64,000 nt of DNA from an uncultured bacterium (GTDB lineage Bacteria; Fidelibacterota; Marinisomatia; Marinisomatales; AB-629-J13). Positions 40,731-49,906 of the stretch are shown here, piece after piece. Position 1 is the first letter of the stretch. Each line of letters opens with the position of its first letter. The notes under the pieces were generated by a model. That model made no database searches. It saw nothing but the letters and a program-made list of their open reading frames with translations, and had not been told where the DNA came from. The stretch lies in the NCBI GenBank assembly GCA_964518835.1, contig CAZFKU010000002.1, forward strand, positions 3,120 to 67,119, given 5' to 3'. Made by a program: the position numbers and the translations under genes.

Positions 40731-41267
40731 GTGAATAAAAACACAAGTAAGATCTGTTTGATTATAAGTATCATTTTTTTGCCGATGCTGCTATTCGGTC
40801 AATTAAAAGTCGGATATGTAGCTTCTGACAGAATTCGAATGGAATATGAAGAATTCAAAGAATCAGAATCCCAGTTACAATTGGATTTTCAGAAAGTCCA
40901 ATTTGAATATCAGGAGCTGCTGAAAGAGTTAGATAGTTTAAAACAGGCATTTGAAACTCAACGATTAATGAGTTCTCCCGAATGGCGACGGGAAAAAGAG
41001 CAGGATATTAAAGACAAGGAAACAGCAATTCAGAACTTTCAGGCGAAAAAAGTTGGACCTGAAGGAGATTTGGTGAAAAAGCAATCTCAAATGGAATATG
41101 AATTACTTTCAAAAGTAAAAAAAGCTGTTGATAATGTAGCGATAGAAAAAGGATATGATTTTATTTTTGATGGATCCATAGCCTTGCTGTATGGAAAACC
41201 CACTCATGATCTAACCGATGATGTGCTGCATGAATTGAGAAAAGTCGGCAAGAACACACCCAGGTAG
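40731..41267 (+). CDS. OmpH/Skp family periplasmic chaperone
   Basis: 178 aa, GTG start with a GGAGGAG SD. Signal peptide, coiled-coil body, KGYDFIFDGS near the C-terminus. Canonical bamA-skp-lpxD position. Confidence 0.8.
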   Translation: MNKNTSKICLIISIIFLPMLLFGQLKVGYVASDRIRMEYEEFKESESQLQLDFQKVQFEYQELLKELDSLKQAFETQRLMSSPEWRREKEQDIKDKETAIQNFQAKKVGPEGDLVKKQSQMEYELLSKVKKAVDNVAIEKGYDFIFDGSIALLYGKPTHDLTDDVLHELRKVGKNTPR

Positions 41268-41275
41268 GCAATCAT

Positions 41276-42286
41276 TTGTCAACGCTGGAGCAACTGGCAG
41301 AATTGGTCGGAGGAAAACCAATTGGTCAATCTGACTTGGATATATCCGGTGTCTCCGAAATACAAGACGGAAAATCGGGGACCATATCTTTTTTAGCAAA
41401 TCCTAAATATAAACAATATTTGGAATCAACGATGGCATCAGCAGTCATTGTTTCAGACGCCTCATCCCTGAACGGAAAAAACGGGATCGTTGTTCAAAAC
41501 CCCCAGCTTGCATTCTCAAGGATAATAGATGAATTTCGTCCTATTCTGAAACTTCAAAAGGGAATTCATGCCACTGTTGATATTGATTCATCCGCTATTT
41601 TAGGTGATGAAGTTTCTGTGGGTGCCCATTCAGTGATAGAGGCAAATGCAGAAATTGGAGACGGAACCAGAATTGGAGCTAATTCCGTCATTGGATGTAA
41701 TACTGTTATTGGAAAAGATTGCAGTATTCATTCCCGTGTCACACTATATCATGATTGTACTATCGGAGATCGTGTTGTTATTTTCAGCGGGAGCGTTATA
41801 GGGAGTGACGGATTTGGGTTTGTCACTGAAAACAACATTCATCATAAGATTCCTCAAATCGGGAAAGTGGTTATTGGAAGTGATGTGGAAATAGGTGCAA
41901 ATTGCACGATAGACCGAGCTACTATAGGAGCAACAATCATAGGAAATATGACTAAAATGGATAATCTTATTCATATCGCTCATAATGTTAAGATAGGTAC
42001 AGGATGCCTCTTAGCTGCAGGAGTAGCAATTGCTGGCAGTGTGACCGTTGAAGATTTTTGTATTTTCGCAGGACAATCGGGAATTGTACCTCATGTTTCT
42101 ATCGGTTCTAAATCTATCATTGCAGCCCAATCCGGTGTCACAAAATCTTTAAAAGGCGGAGAGATATATTCTGGAATGCCAGCAAGAAAAATTCGTGAAC
42201 AGCATCAAAAAGATGCGATTTTATCCTCGGTATCCAATTTAAAAAAACGTATAGAAAACTTAGAAAAAATTTATTCTGAAAAGTGA
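41276..42286 (+). CDS. lpxD: UDP-3-O-acylglucosamine N-acyltransferase
   Basis: 336 aa, TTG start. TLEQLAELVGG, ISFLANPKY, long left-handed beta-helix hexapeptide repeats, HNVKIG. Confidence 0.92.
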   Translation: MSTLEQLAELVGGKPIGQSDLDISGVSEIQDGKSGTISFLANPKYKQYLESTMASAVIVSDASSLNGKNGIVVQNPQLAFSRIIDEFRPILKLQKGIHATVDIDSSAILGDEVSVGAHSVIEANAEIGDGTRIGANSVIGCNTVIGKDCSIHSRVTLYHDCTIGDRVVIFSGSVIGSDGFGFVTENNIHHKIPQIGKVVIGSDVEIGANCTIDRATIGATIIGNMTKMDNLIHIAHNVKIGTGCLLAAGVAIAGSVTVEDFCIFAGQSGIVPHVSIGSKSIIAAQSGVTKSLKGGEIYSGMPARKIREQHQKDAILSSVSNLKKRIENLEKIYSEK

Positions 42287-43218
42287 ACACCCCTCATAGG
42301 TTTCAGCGCACCATTTCCACACCGGTATCTTGTACCGGTATCGGATTGCATACCGGACTTGAAAGTACAATTATATTTAAACCAGCTCCTGAGGATTATG
42401 GCGTTCATTTTGTAAGAAAGGATGTTGATAACTGCCCTGCGATCATGGCAGACATTGACCATGTTGTGGATATTTCAAGGGGGACAACTATTGAACAGAG
42501 CGGTGTAAAGATTTTTACAGTTGAACATGCACTGGCTGCAGTTTCAGGTTTACGGATTGACAATGTATTAATTGAATTGACTGCTAAAGAGCCTCCCGTT
42601 ATGGATGGCAGTTCTAAAGATTTTGTTGAAGCATTGCAAAAATCAGGAATTGTAGAACAGAAAAAACCACGAAAAGTATTGGAAATATCTGAGCCGGTTG
42701 CTTATTCAGATCCCGAAAAGGGCGTGGATATTCACGTTGTACCTTCTGACAGATTTCGAGTAACCTTTATGATAGATTATAAACTACCTTCATTAGGGTC
42801 ACAATATACTGCTGTTTACAATATGCAGGAGGATTTTGCACGGGAACTTGCACCTGCAAGGACATTCTGCTTTTTAAGTGAGATTGAAGAACTGAGAGAA
42901 ATCGGATTGATTAAAGGAGGTGCACTGGACAATGCCGTGGTCATAGTAGATAAGGAAATCAATGATTCTGAAGTCAACAGACTCCGGTCACTTTTTGGAA
43001 TTGAAGAAGACATAATCATGGGTGCAAACGGAATTTTAAATGGAAAAAAATTGAGATATAAAAATGAACCTGTTCGCCATAAAACCTTGGATTTGATAGG
43101 AGATATGGCTTTACTCGGTGTTCCCATAAAAGGACATGTAACAGCTGCAAGAAGTGGTCATGCAAGCAATGTGGAATTTGTGAAAATGATTCGCAACCTA
43201 TACACAGATTTTTTTTAA
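42283..43218 (+). CDS. lpxC: UDP-3-O-acyl-N-acetylglucosamine deacetylase
   Basis: 311 aa, GTGA overlap. GIGLHTG, TVEHALAA, EPPVMDGSS, HKTLDLIGD, SGHA. Confidence 0.93.
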   Translation: MNTPHRFQRTISTPVSCTGIGLHTGLESTIIFKPAPEDYGVHFVRKDVDNCPAIMADIDHVVDISRGTTIEQSGVKIFTVEHALAAVSGLRIDNVLIELTAKEPPVMDGSSKDFVEALQKSGIVEQKKPRKVLEISEPVAYSDPEKGVDIHVVPSDRFRVTFMIDYKLPSLGSQYTAVYNMQEDFARELAPARTFCFLSEIEELREIGLIKGGALDNAVVIVDKEINDSEVNRLRSLFGIEEDIIMGANGILNGKKLRYKNEPVRHKTLDLIGDMALLGVPIKGHVTAARSGHASNVEFVKMIRNLYTDFF

Positions 43219-43227
43219 AAACAGCTT

Positions 43228-43674
43228 ATGCCAAAACCTTCATTTTTAATAGAGGACATATTAAAGATTGTCCCCCACCGCTACCCATTCATACTTATTG
43301 ACCGTATTTTAAGTTTTGATTCAGGGAATTCATTAACTGCAATTAAAAATGTCACCATAAATGAACATTATTTTCAAGGTCATTTTCCCAATCAGCCGCT
43401 GATGCCGGGGGTGTTGATTCTGGAAGCTATGGCACAGGCAGGAGCATTTCTGGTACTGAATACCGTTGATGATCCACTGAAAAAGAATATGTTTTTTACG
43501 GGAGTTTCAGACTCCAAATTTCGTGCCCCGGTTACTCCGGGGGATCAACTACGCCTGGAAATGGAATTGGTAAAGATGAAACTGTCAGCCGTTCAGTTGA
43601 AGGGAGAAGGGTATGTGGAAGATAAATTAGTTGCCCAAGCTCGCATAATGGCTAATATAGTTGATCGAGTATAA
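43228..43674 (+). CDS. fabZ: 3-hydroxyacyl-ACP dehydratase
   Basis: 148 aa. LPHRYPFILIDR, NEHYFQGHFPNQPLMPGVLILEAMAQ. Confidence 0.95.
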   Translation: MPKPSFLIEDILKIVPHRYPFILIDRILSFDSGNSLTAIKNVTINEHYFQGHFPNQPLMPGVLILEAMAQAGAFLVLNTVDDPLKKNMFFTGVSDSKFRAPVTPGDQLRLEMELVKMKLSAVQLKGEGYVEDKLVAQARIMANIVDRV

Positions 43675-43686
43675 GGGAGAGGTCCA

Positions 43687-44460
43687 ATTTCCACCTTCAT
43701 TCATCCTACAGCTATTGTACATAATGAAGCTGAATTAGGGGAAAATGTTCATATAGGACCTTTTGTATGTATCGAAAACAAGGTGACGATTGGGAATGGG
43801 ACAAGTATTGCAAACTTTGCAGTGGTAAAATCCGGTACAAATATTGGAGAAAACTGCAGGATTTTTCAAGGGTCTGTAATCGGAGAAATACCGCAGGATT
43901 TAAAGTTTGATGGTGAAGAAACAACAACCCTGATTGGGAATAATACAACCATTCGGGAATTTGTAACGATAAACAGAGGAACAGCAGCTCTAGGATATAC
44001 AAAAGTTGGAGAAAATGCTTTGTTGATGGCTTACATTCATATTGCACATGATTGTATTGTGGGAGATAATGTCATCATGGCAAATATGGCAACTTTGGGA
44101 GGTCATGTTGAGATTGACAATTGGGCATTTTTGGGGGGCGGAGTCATGGTTCATCAATTTTGTAAAGTGGGAGAACACGCATGTATAGGTGCGGGTTTTA
44201 GAGCGGTGCAGGATGTCCCACCATTTATATTGGCATCAGGTGAGCCAATTAAATATTGCGGTTTAAACAATGTTGGATTAAAAAGGAGAGGGTTTCGATC
44301 TGAAGACCGGAAGGTTATGAAGCAGATATATACATTATATTTTCGCTCCAACTTTCCCAGAAGGAAAGCACTGGATGAAATCAAAGACAAGTTTTCCAAA
44401 CGTCCTGTAGCTAAAGTGATTGTAAACTTTATTGAAAACAGCACCCGCGGTATTATTTAA
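43687..44460 (+). CDS. lpxA: Acyl-ACP--UDP-N-acetylglucosamine O-acyltransferase, probable ATT start
   Basis: The ORF track starts at GTG 43783. However the frame is open from 43675 and encodes the conserved LpxA N-terminus (STFIHPTAIVHNEAELGENVHIGPFVCIE) with no ATG/GTG/TTG before 43783. ATT at 43687 follows AAGGGAGAGG (43673-43682). Hexapeptide repeats; FRSEDRKVMKQIY at the C-terminus. Confidence 0.88.
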   Translation: MSTFIHPTAIVHNEAELGENVHIGPFVCIENKVTIGNGTSIANFAVVKSGTNIGENCRIFQGSVIGEIPQDLKFDGEETTTLIGNNTTIREFVTINRGTAALGYTKVGENALLMAYIHIAHDCIVGDNVIMANMATLGGHVEIDNWAFLGGGVMVHQFCKVGEHACIGAGFRAVQDVPPFILASGEPIKYCGLNNVGLKRRGFRSEDRKVMKQIYTLYFRSNFPRRKALDEIKDKFSKRPVAKVIVNFIENSTRGII

Positions 44461-44556
44461 ATCAGTAATTTTTGAAAAAGGTATTTTTTAGAACTTGATA
44501 TCCTTTAAGACTTTCTTTTCATAATACACCAAAAATCTAAGTATATTTGAAATTCA

Positions 44557-45294
44557 ATGGCACTGACCGTATCCATCCATAATAAAATCAACATCCTGAA
44601 GAAATGGACAGTTTTTCTTATGTTTTTTAATTTTGGAATTTCCCAATGGGCTGCTTTTGATATTCAACAGGAAGCATATTCCTCTGTGGATTTAAGAACA
44701 TTTATAGAAAGCACAACTTTTGGATTATCAGCAAACCCAGCATATATGCTCTCTTCTGAAAAAAGAGTGAATGTTGGAATGGGATTTTCCAGAAACATAT
44801 TGCTCCATTCCAACAGGTATCAGAACCAATTTTCCGGATGGTTTCCAAAATTTTCTGTGGATGTTTTTATAACGAATAACCTGTATCTTATAGGACGCCT
44901 AAGCCAGTTTTATTCTAATGAAGATATTATCCAATTTCACAATTACGGATTCGCATTAACATCTGGAGAAGATGATTCTTATCCATGGCAGAGCTCTGTT
45001 GTATTTTGTAATTTGGCGGGACCTCGAGATTTTGCATTAAGGTCGGTATCTTTAAAAATGATAACACGGATACAGATGATTGGTCACCAAGTTCAGATGG
45101 GGATTGGGAAAGAAATGTATTCAACAACATTTTACATTAATGATGTTAATTTTCCATCCAAAATGAAAGGAGAAATAAATTATCTCTTGCTGGGAATGCA
45201 GTTTGAAAGAAACTTATTCCGGATTATGCCACAAATCCGGTTACATCCAAGGTTAATTGGAACATCCGTTAGGATGACTTGGGGTATAGGCTGA
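44557..45294 (+). CDS. Hypothetical protein, possible outer-membrane beta-barrel
   Basis: 245 aa. Hydrophobic leader (WTVFLMFFNFGISQWAA) and alternating-residue strands. No recognisable family. Embedded between lpxA and dxr. Confidence 0.4.
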   Translation: MALTVSIHNKINILKKWTVFLMFFNFGISQWAAFDIQQEAYSSVDLRTFIESTTFGLSANPAYMLSSEKRVNVGMGFSRNILLHSNRYQNQFSGWFPKFSVDVFITNNLYLIGRLSQFYSNEDIIQFHNYGFALTSGEDDSYPWQSSVVFCNLAGPRDFALRSVSLKMITRIQMIGHQVQMGIGKEMYSTTFYINDVNFPSKMKGEINYLLLGMQFERNLFRIMPQIRLHPRLIGTSVRMTWGIG

Positions 45295-45297
45295 AAC

Positions 45298-46440
45298 ATG
45301 AAGAAGCTTTCCATTTTAGGATCAACGGGATCAATAGGTGTCAATACCTTAAATGTAATAAGAAAACTGGATGAGGATTTTACAATTAAATACCTTACGG
45401 CTAATTCGAATACTGAATTATTAATAGAACAAGCAATAGAGTTTCATCCTGAAACTGTGGTTATTGTGAATAAAGAAAAAGCTAAAACAGTGCAGGTAGC
45501 TTTAGAGAAATTAGGTACAGATGTTATGACAGGAAGAGAAGGACTTTTAGAATGTGCAGCAGATCCGGATGTGGATATTCTGTTAAATGGACTGGTGGGT
45601 TCATCGGGAATGGAACCTACATTTCAGGCAGTAAAGTCCGGAGTAGATGTTGCATTATCTAACAAAGAAAGCCTTGTTATGGCAGGGGATTTGATCAACC
45701 GTGAAAAGGAATCCACCGGTGCTACAATTTTTCCCGTTGACAGTGAACACTCAGCAATTTGGCAGTGTCTCTCTGGTGAATCAATGGATGATGTGCGAAA
45801 GATAATTCTGACGGGAAGCGGAGGACCGTTCCGAACCAGAGCCGCAGATTCGTTTTATGAAATTACACCTGAAGAAGCTCTGAATCATCCTAACTGGGAC
45901 ATGGGTAATAAAATCACAATTGATTCAGCCACAATGATGAATAAGGGTCTGGAGATTATTGAAACTCATTGGCTATTTGATATGGAACTAGATGCAATTG
46001 ATATCGTAGTACACCCTCAGTCCATCATCCACTCAATGGTAGAATTCAAAGATCGATCTGTAAAAGCACAATTGGGAATTCCTGATATGAAAATCCCTAT
46101 CCAGTATGCATTGACTTATCCAAGGCATTCCAATTCAGAATGGGAATCCCTTGACCTTGCCGCAATTGGCTCTCTGTCTTTTGAACCACCGGATTTGGAA
46201 AAATTTCCTTGTATAAAGCTAGCTTATGATGCACTAAAAACAGGAGGATCTACCCCTGCTGTATTGAATGTAGTAAATGAGTATGCTGTTTATAGGTTTT
46301 TAAAGGATGAAATTCGATTTACAGATATTTCCAAAATGATTGAAAAGGCTTGTGAACAGCATGATTGGGTAGAGTCTCCTGATTTTGAATCCCTTTCTGA
46401 TTTGGAATCATGGTCGATAGAGTTTGTAAATTCATATTAG
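45298..46440 (+). CDS. dxr: 1-deoxy-D-xylulose 5-phosphate reductoisomerase
   Basis: 380 aa. ILGSTGSIGVNTL, LSNKESLVMAG, PVDSEHSAIWQC, LTGSGGPFR, NHPNWDMGNKITIDSATMMNKGLE. Confidence 0.95.
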   Translation: MKKLSILGSTGSIGVNTLNVIRKLDEDFTIKYLTANSNTELLIEQAIEFHPETVVIVNKEKAKTVQVALEKLGTDVMTGREGLLECAADPDVDILLNGLVGSSGMEPTFQAVKSGVDVALSNKESLVMAGDLINREKESTGATIFPVDSEHSAIWQCLSGESMDDVRKIILTGSGGPFRTRAADSFYEITPEEALNHPNWDMGNKITIDSATMMNKGLEIIETHWLFDMELDAIDIVVHPQSIIHSMVEFKDRSVKAQLGIPDMKIPIQYALTYPRHSNSEWESLDLAAIGSLSFEPPDLEKFPCIKLAYDALKTGGSTPAVLNVVNEYAVYRFLKDEIRFTDISKMIEKACEQHDWVESPDFESLSDLESWSIEFVNSY

Positions 46441-46474
46441 CTATGGTTTATTATTAGGTATTTGGTAAAATAAT

Positions 46475-47686
46475 ATGACTACCCTTTGGGCTACAATAAT
46501 TGTAATTGGTGTTTTAGTTTTTGTCCATGAACTGGGGCACTACCTTGCGGCACGTTCTGTTGGAGTTCGAGTAGAACGGTTCTCAGTTGGTTTTCCCCCA
46601 AGATTTATTACATTCACTTCAATTAGCGGAGGTTGGTTAATTCAACTGTATTTCTTTTATTTTTCCTCTGGAAAAAAATTAAAATGGCAGGTTGTCTGGA
46701 AGAAAAAAGTTTTAATGCCTGAAAAAACAGGTACCGGTACAGAATACTGTATAGCATTAATTCCTCTGGGAGGCTATGTAAAGATGGCAGGAATTATTGA
46801 TGAAAGCATGGACACAACCATCACACATGAGCCTGATGAATTTATGAGCAAATCATTTTTATCCCAGGTATTTGTCATGAGTGCCGGGGTTATCATGAAT
46901 ATTCTTCTGGCGTTCATTATTTATACAGGGCTTTCCTTTCATTTTGGGAAACCGGTTGAAAATCCGCCCACAGTTGTGTCCCAACTGGTGGACGAAATGC
47001 CTGCAAAAGAAGCGGGGATTTTGCCCGGAGATAAAATAATTTCAGTAAATGGAGAATCAGTTGAGAATTGGAAAGACATGGTACAACACATCCACAGTCT
47101 TCCCGAAGAACAAATAGGATTGGAAATAAACCGTGATGGTAATTTGATTACGAAACGATTTAAAACAACATCAACAGTTATTCAAACTGTGTCAGGAATG
47201 GATACAGTCGGTTTTATAGGTATTGGTCCTGCAATTCAATTTTATGATTTTTTCTTGCGATTATATTACATATCGGATATTGATATAAATATTTTTCAGG
47301 CATCCCTTTCAGGAATTAATTCTACAATGAGTGGATTTGGGCTCATAGTCATGTCAATTAAAATGTTAATATCAAGAGAAGCTTCCATAAAAGAATTGGG
47401 GGGACCGATCATGATTGCCCAGTTAGCAGGAGAGACAGCCAAAGCCGGATTGCCTTCATTATTATCTTTCATGGCACTGATCAGTATTAACCTGGCGTTT
47501 TTAAATATCCTTCCCATCCCCGGATTGGATGGTGGGCATATTTTTATTACAGTTATTCAGGCAATTATTCGTAAACCATTAAGTATAAAAACACGAATGA
47601 TCTTTCAGCAAATCGGTATGGCAATCCTTTTATTGCTCATGATTACTGTTCTATACAATGATATCGGTCGGCTGTTCACAAACTAA
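46475..47686 (+). CDS. rseP: RIP metalloprotease RseP (site-2 protease, M50)
   Basis: 403 aa. HELGHYLAAR (HExxH), IPLGGYVKMAG, one PDZ-like region (AKEAGILPGDKIISVNG), NILPIPGLDGGH. Confidence 0.88.
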   Translation: MTTLWATIIVIGVLVFVHELGHYLAARSVGVRVERFSVGFPPRFITFTSISGGWLIQLYFFYFSSGKKLKWQVVWKKKVLMPEKTGTGTEYCIALIPLGGYVKMAGIIDESMDTTITHEPDEFMSKSFLSQVFVMSAGVIMNILLAFIIYTGLSFHFGKPVENPPTVVSQLVDEMPAKEAGILPGDKIISVNGESVENWKDMVQHIHSLPEEQIGLEINRDGNLITKRFKTTSTVIQTVSGMDTVGFIGIGPAIQFYDFFLRLYYISDIDINIFQASLSGINSTMSGFGLIVMSIKMLISREASIKELGGPIMIAQLAGETAKAGLPSLLSFMALISINLAFLNILPIPGLDGGHIFITVIQAIIRKPLSIKTRMIFQQIGMAILLLLMITVLYNDIGRLFTN

Positions 47687-48407
47687 ATGATGTCAGTTTT
47701 AAGTTCATTGTTCCATATTTAAGTTTTACCAATATCTGTACCGGAATTCTGCGGAGGTCCTCACTGAACCAAATGGTCATATCTCCTTCATTCCTGAGAA
47801 GTGTTTTTCCATCTTTAAATGGTTTAATCACGAGACACTTAAATATTCCCGCAGGAACGGTTATGGATTCAACCTTATCTACATACAGCTGAAAATTCGT
47901 AAACGAATTGTTATCAAATGTAACCATTTTTAGGGTTTCCTCCAGAACCAGGGGAATGGTTCTTAAATAGTAAAACAGCGAATAAGGATCAAAAACAATT
48001 TCGGATATATGTATTGAATCATTATTCACAACAGCAAGTGAATCACCGTAAAAAAGTTCTGTTTGAGAATTTTTTCTATAGTTTCCCTGTCTGATTGACT
48101 TTACCTGTCGATGAACAAATAATCCCTCAATATCAATCCATGAATCCACCCTGTCCCTTATTTTAAACAATCTGTCTGCGAATGATCCTGTCCGGGCTGA
48201 GTATTGAATGTGAAATGATGGAATGTTATTCACTGTGTCCAAAGAAACGATTTTTAATGCCGCTGTCCCGGCGGGAATAAAATTAAATTTAGCTGTGTAA
48301 TTAAGAGTTTCACCAACCCTGAAAGGAAAATCATTTCCATAAATTCCACAGGAAAAGCAAAGTGAAAACAAAATGAAGGGAATTCTAAACTTTGATTGAT
48401 GAATCAT
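47676..48407 (-). CDS. DUF3108 domain-containing protein
   Basis: 243 aa. Signal peptide, and ETLNYTAKFNFIPAGTAALKI, which is typical of the DUF3108 N-terminus. Assigned from memory. Confidence 0.65.
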   Translation of the reverse strand: MIHQSKFRIPFILFSLCFSCGIYGNDFPFRVGETLNYTAKFNFIPAGTAALKIVSLDTVNNIPSFHIQYSARTGSFADRLFKIRDRVDSWIDIEGLFVHRQVKSIRQGNYRKNSQTELFYGDSLAVVNNDSIHISEIVFDPYSLFYYLRTIPLVLEETLKMVTFDNNSFTNFQLYVDKVESITVPAGIFKCLVIKPFKDGKTLLRNEGDMTIWFSEDLRRIPVQILVKLKYGTMNLKLTSFSL

Positions 48408-48976
48408 CTGATTATTTTTAATGTTTTATCCATAAGTTTATAAATTCTGGACCCTTTTGAATCAGGAAGTTGTCCTTCATCTACCAGTAAATCGATTTGA
48501 TTTCCAAATTGTTTCATAATTTCGTTTGCATCATTTAAAGGGATTTTTCCTGTTCGATTTACGCTGGTGGTTGTAATGGGGTAATTTAATGTTTGAACAA
48601 GGTTTTTTCCAAAAGGATGATTCGGAATACGAATTCCCACAGAACAATCCGTACCAAAAATTTCTGAGCAAAGTGCTCTCCTTTTAGCTGGGACGATTAT
48701 GGTGTTTGCACCTCCAAGTTTTTGTGATAAAATATTCTCTTCTTCCCCTGATAATTCAGATATTTTAAATGCCATGTTCATGTCGCTGACCAAAACACTC
48801 ATGGGACCCTTACGGTTTTTAATTTTATTTATTTTTTCGATAACGTTGCTATTGGAAGCATCTCCCCCAAATCCGTATAAAGTGTCGGTAGGATAAACTA
48901 TGATGCCGCCAGATTTAATTATTTTAATTGCAGAGGACATTGCCTCTGGAGATTGAGATGAAATGCGAAGACTCAT
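48404..48976 (-). CDS. tsaC: L-threonylcarbamoyladenylate synthase (TsaC/YrdC type)
   Basis: 190 aa. IIKSGGIIVYPTDTLYGFGGDA, IRIPNHPF, ITTTSVNRTG. Confidence 0.85.
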   Translation of the reverse strand: MSLRISSQSPEAMSSAIKIIKSGGIIVYPTDTLYGFGGDASNSNVIEKINKIKNRKGPMSVLVSDMNMAFKISELSGEEENILSQKLGGANTIIVPAKRRALCSEIFGTDCSVGIRIPNHPFGKNLVQTLNYPITTTSVNRTGKIPLNDANEIMKQFGNQIDLLVDEGQLPDSKGSRIYKLMDKTLKIIR

Positions 48977-49836
48977 TAATTAGGCGGTGGTGTTTTCCAG
49001 CGGTTGTGCCACCAGAAATACTGTTCCGGGTGGATACGAATTTCATTTTCTAACAATTGGGTGTACGCTTGAGTGAAAGTTTTGGTATTTTTCAGTGAGT
49101 TTTTGGGGATATCAGAAAATTTAATCAGGAATTTGTTATGTCCTTCTTTACTGCAGACTCCAAACACAGGAATGGATCCTTTCCGTTGAAAAAACCGGGC
49201 AGCCCCCTTTGGTGTTGATGAAAGGATATTAAAGAATCGAACAAACACACCCCTTCCTTTTGCGTCTTGGTCACTTACTAAACCTAAAATTTCCCCTCTA
49301 TCCAGGACATTATTCATTTTATTCATAGAGTCATACCTGAACACATGTTTTATCCCACTCCACTCCCTTTTTTTTGTGAAAAATTGATGAGCCCCTTTGT
49401 TTTTTTGTATATGAGCTACACCGGTCATTGGATAATTCTGTTTCCCAAACCAAGCAACAATACATTCCCAGAATCCAAAATGTCCTGAGATATACAATAC
49501 ACCTTTTTTTTTCCTTATGGCTTTATCCACCACACTTTTATTTTGAACTTCTATATTTGTTTGTTCAAAAGATTCAGGAAATCCAAGAAAAAATAGGAAC
49601 TGTTCCAAAACGAAAGCATAACATTTTTTTAATAAAAGTATTTTCCATTTCAATGATTTTTCCGGAAATGCTTTGCTTATATTTTTTAATGCCATTGATT
49701 TCCTGACAGGAATATAATGGAAAGCAAATCCTCCTATTTTTTGTGCCCAGATAATCCTTTCAGATGGATTCATTCTACGGGCTATGTAGCTCAGGAAATG
49801 AAGAAGGGAAAAAATTATTCGTTCATTTAGTTTCAT
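48976..49836 (-). CDS. Lysophospholipid / lipid A biosynthesis acyltransferase (LpxL/HtrB family)
   Basis: 286 aa. SGHFGFWE (HX4D/E-like acyltransferase motif region), VSDQDAKGRGVFVRFF, PEQYFWWHNRWK. Confidence 0.75.
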   Translation of the reverse strand: MKLNERIIFSLLHFLSYIARRMNPSERIIWAQKIGGFAFHYIPVRKSMALKNISKAFPEKSLKWKILLLKKCYAFVLEQFLFFLGFPESFEQTNIEVQNKSVVDKAIRKKKGVLYISGHFGFWECIVAWFGKQNYPMTGVAHIQKNKGAHQFFTKKREWSGIKHVFRYDSMNKMNNVLDRGEILGLVSDQDAKGRGVFVRFFNILSSTPKGAARFFQRKGSIPVFGVCSKEGHNKFLIKFSDIPKNSLKNTKTFTQAYTQLLENEIRIHPEQYFWWHNRWKTPPPN

Positions 49837-49906
49837 TGTGGTGTCGTAATTTGTTAGAATCTAAGGTAAATTCTTACATTGTAAAATTTCTTTTAAGAAT
49901 GACTTT

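Noticed and set aside
43712-44047. 111-aa minus-strand ORF
   Set aside because: It is antisense to the lpxA hexapeptide-repeat region. The repetitive codon structure of beta-helix genes commonly leaves the opposite strand open.
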